Origin: Theionarchaea archaeon
GTDB taxonomy: Archaea > Methanobacteriota_B > Thermococci > Methanofastidiosales > SZ-28-30
NCBI GenBank assembly: GCA_018992685.1
Contig: JACVGT010000005.1
Location: 1 to 42,720, forward strand
Reading direction: 5' to 3'
Length of the DNA stretch: 42,720 nucleotides
A program made the position numbers and the translations under genes. The first letter of the stretch is position 1, and each line of letters starts with the position of its first letter. The notes under the pieces were generated by a model. It had not been told where the DNA came from. It made no database searches and saw only the letters and a program-made list of their open reading frames with translations. Below, piece after piece: positions 19,932 through 28,804 of this stretch.

Positions 19932-20684
19932 TCAGAGCATTTCCAGATATGGTATCATCAGCGCAGCATCCTGGCTGAGGTAGGTGACTATCGTGCGAAC
20001 TGTTCTGATCCCGCGAAGAGGAGTAACCTGCATTTTTCCTCTCAAAACCAATGAATGCACGGAGACTTTCCTGAGGAGCAGTGAAAGCAAATCACCACAG
20101 GCGATTTTAACATACAGGGGAGCAGGTCCTGTGTCCACAATCCCCTCGGGGAGCCTCACTCTCACGTTTTTCTGGTTCACCTGAAAGAGAACGGTACCGG
20201 TGACTGGAGCAGCCTTGGTGGAACAAGCCTTCTTGACAAAAAGAGAAAGCACCTCATCCACATTATACACCAGAATAAGGGTGGCAATAGCTCTGGACTC
20301 CAAGAACCCATGACCAGCCAGGTACTGTGAGAATTCACTGTGAGGAGGCGCTATCGTGTCCAGGAAGGCCGCGCCCTTCTCTTGTGCTATCTCCTCTGCT
20401 TTGGCCATGAGCACATCATATGAGTCTCTGGTTTGAGCCGCAATCTCGTAGATAGAAAGAGTTGGGACGGACGCCATGGATTTCACCCCTAAAATAATGT
20501 ATCCGGAAAGATGTCCTTCCTCCTCTATTACCAGCACATGTTCTTGTTCCACATTGAGTTTTTTCATGAAGTGAAAATAGGTATCTGGAGTCCTCACACA
20601 GGACAGAGAATGTCCCTCAAATGCTGCGTGAAACAAAGATGGAAATTCTCGTATATCTTCTGGGCGGGCTTGTCTGACGATCAT
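19932..20684 (-). CDS. GNAT acetyltransferase-like domain + SCP2-like C-terminal domain
   Basis: 'MIVRQARPED' GNAT start; 'LLSLLLRKVS..SLVLRGKMQV' SCP2-type end. Confidence 0.6.
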   Translation of the reverse strand: MIVRQARPEDIREFPSLFHAAFEGHSLSCVRTPDTYFHFMKKLNVEQEHVLVIEEEGHLSGYIILGVKSMASVPTLSIYEIAAQTRDSYDVLMAKAEEIAQEKGAAFLDTIAPPHSEFSQYLAGHGFLESRAIATLILVYNVDEVLSLFVKKACSTKAAPVTGTVLFQVNQKNVRVRLPEGIVDTGPAPLYVKIACGDLLSLLLRKVSVHSLVLRGKMQVTPLRGIRTVRTIVTYLSQDAALMIPYLEML

Positions 20685-20685
20685 G

Positions 20686-21432
20686 TTACCACAGGAACCG
20701 TACCAGGTGCAGGATACGTATTACAGAGGAGATCCGTACGCGAAATGTAACCTGCCTCTTGAGAAGGGAATGGATCACATTCGTATGTGCATTGCTGGTG
20801 AGTGATGCCACGACGGCACCCAGGTTCCCTGCAACCTCAATATCTGAATCAGTGGTATCCTCTCCAAGAGAGAATTCTCCATTGGCTATCGTGATGGAGA
20901 AGGGTTCTTCAGATTCAGGACGTACTCTGATGACTAAGGAGATAGAATCAGGAACACCTGTCCTGTTCAGTTTTTCTACCGCAATAGCGATCATCTTTCT
21001 AACGTTCAGAATTTTCACATAGTTCCTCTGGTAAAAAAGGGGATGAAATCCCATCTTTCTGAGAAGTGAATAGGTAAACTCATTGGTTGATGCAAAGGTG
21101 ATCACAGGGTATTCAAGACGTTCTGCCAGCTCCTGAATATAGCACATCATTGCAGAATATCTTGCTGATAGATTCTCTTCCGGGTATATAGCTCCCCCGC
21201 CACCTGCAATGGTGGGGAGAGCTCCCCCGAGAATCTGCTTTGATTGTGTCTCAAAGAATATTGTTCCAGTCACCATTTCTTTCTCTTCCAGAACCACCGT
21301 GTAGTCACACGGATTCAGTCCAGAATCACCCAGTTTCCAGCCCACGTGAGTCATTGAAGAAAACCTATGTCCTTTTTGTAGAATGTGTCGGACTTCTCCC
21401 ATGTCTTCAGGTGTCGACACTCGGCACTTCAT
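20686..21432 (-). CDS. GNAT-like + SCP2-like protein (similar architecture to the adjacent gene)
   Basis: 'CRVSTPEDM', 'YSLLRKMGF', 'FSITIANGEFSL...DIEVAG', 'SLLKRQVTF'. Confidence 0.55.
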   Translation of the reverse strand: MKCRVSTPEDMGEVRHILQKGHRFSSMTHVGWKLGDSGLNPCDYTVVLEEKEMVTGTIFFETQSKQILGGALPTIAGGGGAIYPEENLSARYSAMMCYIQELAERLEYPVITFASTNEFTYSLLRKMGFHPLFYQRNYVKILNVRKMIAIAVEKLNRTGVPDSISLVIRVRPESEEPFSITIANGEFSLGEDTTDSDIEVAGNLGAVVASLTSNAHTNVIHSLLKRQVTFRVRISSVIRILHLVRFLW

Positions 21433-21596
21433 CGTGGAATCACCTCTTTCATTTAAAGAATCTTATCTGAGACTACTACATAACAGTTTAAAACTGTATC
21501 TATTGGTAGAGCAGCAAGTAGGCACCACAAATCAAGATACCCAGAAAGAGTGTCAGAGAAATGGCCATCCTTACCGTAACCAAAAAGCATTTAAGG

Positions 21597-21623
21597 GTAG
21601 CACAAATTCACAATTCGTGATAC
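21597..21623 (+). promoter_or_regulatory. candidate NikR-type operator GTAGCAC-N13-GTGATAC
   Basis: Inverted repeat between TATA (~21589-21594) and ATG 21625; a closely related copy lies at 24539-24565. Confidence 0.65.
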
Positions 21624-21624
21624 T

Positions 21625-22035
21625 ATGACGATGTCCACAGAGTCGTACCTGGACCAGGCAAAAGCCTTTCACGGGCACCTCGGCCCATACCTGGTACTGG
21701 GATTGAAAATGGGTCTTCTGGCCACCACACTCCTGGAAAAGTCCCATTTTGAGCTTCAGGCTGAAATCCATACCGGAAGAGTACCTCCCCGTTCGTGTAT
21801 CGTGGACGGTATCCAGCTTGCTACAGGCTGCACGATGGGAAAAGGGAATATCACCCTGGCTGAAGATGCAGAGGTGTATGGTGTCTTTTCCACAGATACA
21901 GCACATGTGAGACTGGATATGAAGGAAGAGGTTTTAACCAGTATTCATGATGTCCCCAGAGAAGAACTGGAACTCTTTGCCAGGACTTTATTTACCAGGA
22001 ACGATGAGGAGCTATTCGATGTTTCCCATGGTTGA
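21625..22035 (+). CDS. FmdE/FwdE family metal-binding protein
   Basis: 'FHGHLGPYLVLG', 'SCIVDGIQLATGCTMGKGNI'. Confidence 0.88.
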   Translation: MTMSTESYLDQAKAFHGHLGPYLVLGLKMGLLATTLLEKSHFELQAEIHTGRVPPRSCIVDGIQLATGCTMGKGNITLAEDAEVYGVFSTDTAHVRLDMKEEVLTSIHDVPREELELFARTLFTRNDEELFDVSHG

Positions 22036-22711
22036 ACTGAAGGACGTGTCCACAGTATATGAGGGAGAGAAATTCCCTTCCATAAGAAATATTACCCTTA
22101 CAATACAGCAAGGCGAATTTGTCACGATTGTGGGTCCCAATGGCGCGGGAAAGACCACTCTCTTGGAGACAGTCAACGGGCTGCTCCCTTCTGATGGAAG
22201 TATTGCTGTGAATAACAAGAACCTGAAAACTGACGGTACATTGATTAGAAAAGGAATCGGCTATGTGCCCCAGGAGTTCGCCTGCGACTCGCTGACCCCT
22301 TTCATTGTGGAAGATGTCGTAATGATGGGTCGTTATGGAAAAATGGGATTACTGAGGTCTCCAACAAAGGAGGACTGGACTATTGTACAGGGGGTCATGT
22401 CTTTCCTTTCTGTTGACACGCTCAAACACACTCCCGTGGGGAAGCTCTCCGGAGGCCAACTCCAGAAGGTCATGATTGCCAGAGCTCTGGCCGTAGAACC
22501 TGAAGTTCTCCTTCTGGATGAACCCTTTAGCAACCTGGATATGAAATCTCGCTCTGAACTCACTGAAAAGCTCACTGCACTCAACAAGAAAGGACTGACC
22601 ATTCTCATGGTTATTCATGATAGGGCTTCCATTCCTTCTGCCTGTAAGCGGATTATCACCCTGGAGCAGGGGGAAATCGTCTCTGACAAGAAGTTCAAGG
22701 TGATACAGTGA
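22028..22711 (+). CDS. metal ABC transporter ATP-binding protein (ZnuC/MntA-like)
   Basis: GPNGAGKTT, 'IGYVPQ', 'LSGGQLQKV', 'LLLDEPF'. Start refined to ATG 22028, overlapping the fmdE stop. Confidence 0.92.
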   Translation: MVELKDVSTVYEGEKFPSIRNITLTIQQGEFVTIVGPNGAGKTTLLETVNGLLPSDGSIAVNNKNLKTDGTLIRKGIGYVPQEFACDSLTPFIVEDVVMMGRYGKMGLLRSPTKEDWTIVQGVMSFLSVDTLKHTPVGKLSGGQLQKVMIARALAVEPEVLLLDEPFSNLDMKSRSELTEKLTALNKKGLTILMVIHDRASIPSACKRIITLEQGEIVSDKKFKVIQ

Positions 22712-23508
22712 GTGACCTCTTAGTACTGGCAATTCTGGGAGCTGTCCTGACAGGAATTTCATGTTCGTTGGTGGGATCCTTTGTGGTGCGTATGAATCTG
22801 TCGTCATTAGGGTTTGCCATGTCTCATGCAGCATTTGCGGGAGCAGCCCTGGGTCTGGTGCTGTCGCTTGATCCTCTCGGGTTGGCCATCGTGTTCTCCA
22901 TCGGGGTGGCTGTCCTCTTGGGCCCACTGGCAGAAAAGGCAAACCTGCCGACCAACGTCATTCTGGGTGTCATCTTCTCCTTGATGATCTCTCTGGGGTT
23001 GATATTCATTAACCTGATCCCCCAGACTGCCATGAGTTCTGTCGCTCTCTCCATTCTGTGGGGAAGTATCCTGGGAATGACAGTAACCAGCGTTCTGAGG
23101 CTTCTCGTACTGTCTGTGGCAATAGTCCTGGTGTACTGGCTGTTTTTCAAAGAATTCCAGGCCATCATGTTTTCCAGGAAGCTGGCAGAAGCATCAGGAA
23201 TTAATACCAGACCATTTTACTACCTTATCTTATTCCTGACAGGAATTACCGTGGCCTTCTCATTAAAGCTGGTGGGAGGACTTCTGGTCTTTGCCCTGAT
23301 GGTTAACCCTGCCTCATCTGCCTATCAGTTTTTCTACGACATGAAAAAAATAACCATTGTTTCTCCGCTCATTGGGATTCTATGCTGTGTCTCAGGGATA
23401 ACGATCTCTTTTCTAGTTGATCTACCAGTTGGTTCCTCTATTGCAGTGGTTTCTTCAGCGATTTTTGCCGTCGCCGTAATTCTCTCACCCAAGAGGAAGC
23501 GAGGGTAG
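22708..23508 (+). CDS. metal ABC transporter permease (ZnuB/ABC-3 family)
   Basis: 'AMSHAAFAG', 'LWGSILG', 'KLVGGLLVFALMVNPA', 'DLPVGSSI'. Confidence 0.92.
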   Translation: MSDLLVLAILGAVLTGISCSLVGSFVVRMNLSSLGFAMSHAAFAGAALGLVLSLDPLGLAIVFSIGVAVLLGPLAEKANLPTNVILGVIFSLMISLGLIFINLIPQTAMSSVALSILWGSILGMTVTSVLRLLVLSVAIVLVYWLFFKEFQAIMFSRKLAEASGINTRPFYYLILFLTGITVAFSLKLVGGLLVFALMVNPASSAYQFFYDMKKITIVSPLIGILCCVSGITISFLVDLPVGSSIAVVSSAIFAVAVILSPKRKRG

Positions 23509-23537
23509 CAAGTTCACTCCACGGTTGTCATTCCGGG

Positions 23538-24353
23538 TTATCCAGGTGGTCCAGCACTGATTCTATCCAGCATCTCTTCCTTGCTTCCCCGCAGCCCAAA
23601 AATCCCTTCGAACCACCAAGTGGCGCCTGCCTTCTCATATTGTTGTAGAAGCTCAGTATCTTTCTCCCCGGGTCGTGAGACACCATCTATAGCCACATCA
23701 AATGACGTAGTATTCGTCCGATACGTATCAATGTACATGATTTCTTCTGCAAGCTTCTGGGGTGATCGTATGATTTCACATTTCTCATTGATAGTTCCTA
23801 TAATCCAGCCATCCCAGTGAGCAGCTCTGCGCAGAGCAGCGTTGCTTTCACCTCCAACCCAGATGGGGATCTGGGGTTGTATTGGTGTTGGCACGGCAGT
23901 GACATCTCTGAGGGTGTAGTAGGTGCCCTCATGTGTAACAGGAGTCCCGGACCACAAGTTAATGAGGAGTTCTAGCCCTTCGTCAAGCATGGCACCCCGG
24001 ACCCGTGGGTCACCTGGTCCACCAATTTGAGCAAACTCGTGATCGATTCCCAGCCCTGCGCCGAAAACAACTCTCCCTCTGCTGAGAATGTCCAGCGAAG
24101 TCAGCAACCGGGCCAGGACGGTAACATGATACCGGGGGAGGGGGGAGACTCCAGTTATGATCTTGAGCTCTTCAGTGGAAGCTGCTACAGCGGAAAGAAT
24201 CACCCAAGGATCTCCTACACCGTAGGGAAACAGAATATGATCCCACACCCAGATTCCTTCCCATCCAGCTTCCTCTGCAGTGTGTGCAAACTCAATCATG
24301 ACCTTGGGATCGCCAAACTGCCCGAAAGGGACGACCTCAATTCCGTATTGCAT
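23538..24353 (-). CDS. LLM-class (luciferase-like) flavin/F420-dependent oxidoreductase
   Basis: 'AEEAGWEGIWVWDH', 'DPWVILSAVAA', 'SLDILSRGRV', 'IPIWVGG', 'RRAAHWDGW'. Confidence 0.9.
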   Translation of the reverse strand: MQYGIEVVPFGQFGDPKVMIEFAHTAEEAGWEGIWVWDHILFPYGVGDPWVILSAVAASTEELKIITGVSPLPRYHVTVLARLLTSLDILSRGRVVFGAGLGIDHEFAQIGGPGDPRVRGAMLDEGLELLINLWSGTPVTHEGTYYTLRDVTAVPTPIQPQIPIWVGGESNAALRRAAHWDGWIIGTINEKCEIIRSPQKLAEEIMYIDTYRTNTTSFDVAIDGVSRPGEKDTELLQQYEKAGATWWFEGIFGLRGSKEEMLDRISAGPPG

Positions 24354-24538
24354 GGTCTATACTAGCAGCAGCCCTTATCAACCTTTTTCAGGGGTCCTTT
24401 GTTCACGTACTACGGTGCCAGGTTCATGGTCCTCTCTGCTCCTTCACTGGTTACAGACACGGAGCCCGGCCTGTTCGCAAAAAGCCAGGTGACCTGTTTC
24501 GAAGTAGTCCTAACCCATAACTATATAAACGCTGAAGG

Positions 24539-24565
24539 GTAGCACAAATCAACGAATCGTGTTAC
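24539..24565 (+). promoter_or_regulatory. candidate NikR-type operator GTAGCAC-N13-GTGTTAC
   Basis: Downstream of TATA (TATATAAA 24522-24529), upstream of the SBP ATG; same 5' context AAGGGTAGCACAAAT as the 21597 site. Confidence 0.65.
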
Positions 24566-24577
24566 CAAGGTGGAACT

Positions 24578-25531
24578 ATGAAGAGAATACTTGTAGTGAT
24601 ACTGATCAGTGCTCTCGCAGGAGGGCATCTGACTGCTGCTGAAGGGAAGCCAACTGTGGTATGTACCACGACAGCCCTTCAGGCTCTCGCTGAAACGGTA
24701 GGTGGAGACAGGATAGATGTCATCTCTCTAGTCCAGCCGGGAGTGTGTCCTTCTCATTTTGATATCAGGCCCTCACATATCTCTGAGGTAGAGCAGGCCT
24801 CTTTGATCTTGTACCATGGAGTTGAGCCCTGGCTGGAGGGACTGGTAGAGGCCGCCGGCAGTGAATCCCTCCTGACACTTGAAGTGACAGGCCCATGGAA
24901 CACACCAGACATGGCTTCACAGAAGATAGAAATGATACGAGATGCTCTGGTACAGATCGATCCTGAGAATGCTTCAGACTATAATGAAAACGCACAGGAC
25001 GCCACAGATGAGTTGCAAGCCCTAGCTGATTCCATAGAGAAAGAGGCTGCATCTCTGAATTCAGACACTGTGGCTGTGCTGTGTATGGAATGGCAGCAAT
25101 TCATCGTGAAATGGATGGGGTTTTCCGTTGCAGGTACATATCCTCCTCCAGAGACCGTATCTGTGAAAGACATTGACCAGTTGATAGAAACGGGAGAAAC
25201 AGCAGATGTCGTACTTGTTATTGACAATTTGCAGAGTGGAACTGATATTGGATCTCGAATTGCAGCAGAAATTGGGGCATATCATGTTATTCTCACCAAT
25301 TTTCCCCGTGCTGTTCCCGAGACAGACACCATTGCCGACATGATCGAGTACAACGCACACCAACTGCTCACTGCTGTGCAACAGTATCAGCAAGAAAGAG
25401 AAACAATTTCTGCACTGGAAGACGAACTGGAAAAAGAGAAGTCTCAAGGGGATATTTACCAGATTTTGACATTTATATTGGCGGCTCTGTGCTGTATTGA
25501 AGGTCTGGTCCTCTATGTGAGAACTCGGTAG
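24578..25531 (+). CDS. metal ABC transporter substrate-binding protein (ZnuA/TroA fold) with C-terminal coiled coil and membrane anchor
   Basis: 'VVCTT', 'VGGDRIDVISLV.PG..P.HF', 'DPENASDYNENA'; signal peptide and C-terminal TM helix. Confidence 0.85.
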   Translation: MKRILVVILISALAGGHLTAAEGKPTVVCTTTALQALAETVGGDRIDVISLVQPGVCPSHFDIRPSHISEVEQASLILYHGVEPWLEGLVEAAGSESLLTLEVTGPWNTPDMASQKIEMIRDALVQIDPENASDYNENAQDATDELQALADSIEKEAASLNSDTVAVLCMEWQQFIVKWMGFSVAGTYPPPETVSVKDIDQLIETGETADVVLVIDNLQSGTDIGSRIAAEIGAYHVILTNFPRAVPETDTIADMIEYNAHQLLTAVQQYQQERETISALEDELEKEKSQGDIYQILTFILAALCCIEGLVLYVRTR

Positions 25532-25757
25532 CGAGCCTCAGAATATTTCGTCTATCAATTGGATAATCTACTTTCTTTTTTTCATTCATAGAGAGAAAAG
25601 ATTGCAGTGATAGGTAGTCCTGATCATTTCCCGTAGTGCAAAGACTCTCCCCTCTTCCTCTCGAACCCTCATGAATGCAGAGTCCGTGCAGTGACTTATA
25701 CTGACAGAATACTTTCTTCAACGTATTTGTCTTGTTTTTTGTTTACATAAGAACATG

Positions 25758-25792
25758 TTACATATGTAAATAGCGCTATTTACTCGTGTAAA
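25758..25792. promoter_or_regulatory. compound palindrome (two TTAC-N4-GTAA boxes) upstream of BRE/TATA
   Basis: TTACATATGTAA 25758-69; perfect 18-bp GTAAATAGCGCTATTTAC 25766-83; TTACTCGTGTAA 25780-91; TATA TTTTATATA at ~25818-26. Confidence 0.55.
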
Positions 25793-25850
25793 TCCCCTTT
25801 CATTTGCAGACAGAAAGTTTTATATACAATAAGACACTAGTAGAACCGAG

Positions 25851-26117
25851 GTGACCAGATTGAGTTTTGTGGCCAAGTGTTTTGAAGATGTACACGAGAT
25901 TCTCGGGATAAAAGTGGAACCGGGAACTGAACCTGCCGTTATCAAGGAACTGGAGACGTCTCCGCACGTTGCTGCAGTCTACAAGTCTCTCGGTGACTAT
26001 GACATCATTGCGCTGCTGAGTGTTGAGGATTCCAGGGAGTTGACTGAATTTGTTGTTGAGAGAGTGAGAAAACTGAAAGGAGTGGTCGATACGAAGACCA
26101 CGCTCATCAGAAAGTGA
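25851..26117 (+). CDS. stand-alone Lrp/AsnC ligand-binding (RAM) domain protein
   Basis: 'IKVEPG', 'LGDYDIIA', 'RKLKGVVDTKT'; no HTH. The true start may be TTG 25860. Confidence 0.82.
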   Translation: MTRLSFVAKCFEDVHEILGIKVEPGTEPAVIKELETSPHVAAVYKSLGDYDIIALLSVEDSRELTEFVVERVRKLKGVVDTKTTLIRK

Positions 26118-26126
26118 GGGAGAAAT

Positions 26127-26366
26127 GTGTCGGTTCTGGCTTTGGTTGAGATTCGGACAGAGAATGTAACATCTGTAAAGGAAAGTCTGACTGAAATGGA
26201 GTATGTTCTGGCTATTTATGAACTACTGAGTAGGTTCAATCTAGCTCTGATTGTGGAATTGGAAAATGAACAGGCACTTTTTGAGTTTATGACATTGAAA
26301 GTGCGAACAATTCCAGGAGTCAAAGAAACTAAAACCAACATTATACAGAATGGCATAGTGATCTGA
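26127..26366 (+). CDS. second stand-alone Lrp/AsnC ligand-binding domain protein
   Basis: 'ALVEIRT', 'IYELLSRFNLAL', 'VRTIPGVKETKTNI'. Confidence 0.75.
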   Translation: MSVLALVEIRTENVTSVKESLTEMEYVLAIYELLSRFNLALIVELENEQALFEFMTLKVRTIPGVKETKTNIIQNGIVI

Positions 26367-26367
26367 C

Positions 26368-27420
26368 ATGGCGCAGGAAATGAAACTGGGATTCAGGCAT
26401 ATCGAAAAGAAACTGAAGGAAAGGATGGCTTTTAATTTCTCCCAGTTGAAAGAGGACATTATTGAGACAGGTGTGTGCACCCAATGTGGAGCATGCGCAG
26501 CCTTCTGTGACAAGATTGCTATTACAGATGGACAGCCTGTCCTGGAGGGTTCGTGTGAGCGGTGTGGAGTATGTTATGCTCAGTGCCCCAGGACGATTAT
26601 AACAGAAGAGGGGTTGGTGGGGAATTATATCGCTGCATATACCTGTAAGAGTAAGTACAGCACGATCAAAGGGCAGGATGGGGGCGTTGTCACCTCATTA
26701 CTGTGTTACTGCATGAAGGAGAATTTAATTGATGCTGCAGTGGTCACCCAGAAGAATGAAACGGAGCACTGGAAGCCGAATCCTACCTTTGTCACCAAGA
26801 TACCTGAAATCCGGAAGGCGTCAGGTTCCATTTATTGCCACAGTCTAACCATGCCGGCTCTGGTTGAAGCAGTGGAAGAAGGATATCATTCCATTGGGTT
26901 TGTGGGAACTCCCTGCAATATTGACGCAGTGTATAAGATGCAGAAGTCTCCATCCCGGCTGTTCAACTTAATGATAAAGGTCAATATTTTGCGATTTGGA
27001 TTGTTTTGCATGGACAGTTTTACCTACGAAGGGCTGAGACACTTCATTGAGAGTCGGGGTGTCAACCTGGAGAAGATAACCAAAATGGAAATCAAGGTTG
27101 GGTATCTGCATGTGTACTATGACAATTCCATGACAAAATTCAGGGTTCGTGAACTGGATGAATATCGTTCGTCATCGTGCTATTTCTGTACAGATCTGAC
27201 AGCTGAGAGTTCTGATCTGTCTTTTGGGGGAGTGGGATCACCTCCAGGTTATACAACAGTGATAACTCGATCAAATATTGGTGATGAGATTGTGAGGGAA
27301 GCGTGTGATGATGGATGGATTTCCATGGAAGAGATCGGGTTTGATGATTTTACCAAAGTGCTGAACCTTGCCAGGATAAAGAAGATACACATGTATACGG
27401 TGGCCCGCAGACGGGACTAG
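26368..27420 (+). CDS. coenzyme F420 hydrogenase/dehydrogenase beta-subunit family protein (FrhB/FdhB/FpoF-like) with N-terminal 2[4Fe-4S] ferredoxin
   Basis: CTQCGACAAFC and CERCGVCYAQCP; 'GQDGGVVTSLL', 'VGTPC', 'GLFC', 'CYFCTD', 'DLSFGGVGSP.G.T'. Confidence 0.9.
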   Translation: MAQEMKLGFRHIEKKLKERMAFNFSQLKEDIIETGVCTQCGACAAFCDKIAITDGQPVLEGSCERCGVCYAQCPRTIITEEGLVGNYIAAYTCKSKYSTIKGQDGGVVTSLLCYCMKENLIDAAVVTQKNETEHWKPNPTFVTKIPEIRKASGSIYCHSLTMPALVEAVEEGYHSIGFVGTPCNIDAVYKMQKSPSRLFNLMIKVNILRFGLFCMDSFTYEGLRHFIESRGVNLEKITKMEIKVGYLHVYYDNSMTKFRVRELDEYRSSSCYFCTDLTAESSDLSFGGVGSPPGYTTVITRSNIGDEIVREACDDGWISMEEIGFDDFTKVLNLARIKKIHMYTVARRRD

Positions 27421-27467
27421 GCAGCGCACGATGAGGCAACTGAGCCAGCAGATGCTACCACCAGGAA

Positions 27468-28457
27468 TCAGCACACTCTGGGAACTGGGTCTGCCACAGG
27501 CTTTTCTAGAATTCGTCTCCCTCCTACGCGGGTCTTTAGCAGCACTTTATCCCCTTTCATGACTTCACCAATGAGTGAAGCGTTTCTCCCGTACTCATGT
27601 CGCTTCAATGTTTCCACCACCCCTTCTGCATCCTCGGGAGCACAGGCAATGACGACTTTCCCCTCACATGCAATCTCGAAATAGTTCAGTCCTAACATTT
27701 CCGAGGCTGCTCTCACCTCGTGTCGCACTGGGATTGCTTCTTCATTGACTTGTATTCCTACTTTCGACTTCTCACTGAATTCATTCAGTGTCTTGGCCAA
27801 TCCGCCCCTGGTGGGATCCTTCATGGCATGAATGTCATAGCAGAGAATTTCTGAAATCATGGTGTTCAGAGGTGCCACATCCGATTGCAGGGCTGTTTCA
27901 AAGCTAATCCCTTCCCTGTGTGACATAATAGCTATCCCGTGATCTCCTATGGTGCCTGAAACTATAATCCTGTCACCTACTGTAATGCCGGTATCAGTGA
28001 TGACGTTTTCTGTGATTCCAATCCCTGCAGTGGTGATGATCACTGAGTCTCCTGCAACTTTTGTGTCTCCGCAGATAATGGATACTCCGGCCTCTTCACA
28101 TACCTTATCCATGGAACGGAGGATTTCTTCTAGGTGAGACACGTCCATTCCTTCAGGAAGAACCATCGCATTTGATAGTGCCAGAGGGGTGGCCCCCATG
28201 ACAGCGAGATCATTGATAGTCCCGCAGACTGCCAGTTTTCCAATGTCTCCACCCGGGAAGAAAATGGGATCAACAGTATGTGCATCTGTTGTAAAAACAA
28301 GAGTGGTACTGTCAAGGGGGATGGTACCTGAGTCATCGAGTTCATCCAGGCCCAATCCTGTCCTGCATCTTCTGTGAAGCAGGTTCTTGAGGACAGTGGT
28401 GTGGAGGAACCTGTCCATTTCTTCCCCCCCTGCGCCGTGCTCTTTCTTGATAATCAT
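27468..28457 (-). CDS. hypE: hydrogenase maturation protein HypE
   Basis: 'HGAGG', 'PIFFPGGDIGKLAVCGTINDLAV', 'MKDPTRGG', C-terminal PRVC. Confidence 0.96.
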   Translation of the reverse strand: MIIKKEHGAGGEEMDRFLHTTVLKNLLHRRCRTGLGLDELDDSGTIPLDSTTLVFTTDAHTVDPIFFPGGDIGKLAVCGTINDLAVMGATPLALSNAMVLPEGMDVSHLEEILRSMDKVCEEAGVSIICGDTKVAGDSVIITTAGIGITENVITDTGITVGDRIIVSGTIGDHGIAIMSHREGISFETALQSDVAPLNTMISEILCYDIHAMKDPTRGGLAKTLNEFSEKSKVGIQVNEEAIPVRHEVRAASEMLGLNYFEIACEGKVVIACAPEDAEGVVETLKRHEYGRNASLIGEVMKGDKVLLKTRVGGRRILEKPVADPVPRVC

Positions 28458-28804
28458 GAGGGAGTCTTTTTCTGACTATTTAAAAAGGTTGAAGGTTGTT
28501 GTGGAACAGGCTCTGTAGGACTCGTTGTACGAGAAATGAACAATGTCTTGCGGGCTCTCTACTTGCTTTGTAGCTATTTTTCGACCCTTTTCTGTGATTT
28601 CTTTCGCAGTTTGTTGGGCTATTTCTGAGGTCGAAGACAGTATTTCTATTCATCAGGGAAGTGGGAGAAGAACGGACTCCAACCTCTAGGTAGCATGAAG
28701 ATCCCTTTTCGGATTACAAGGTCACATGACGCTTTGAACGTGTATTTCATGTTTGTTTATATCTTCAATGCAAAATCTTATAAGCTGAGGGGTGTAGATG
28801 CGTC

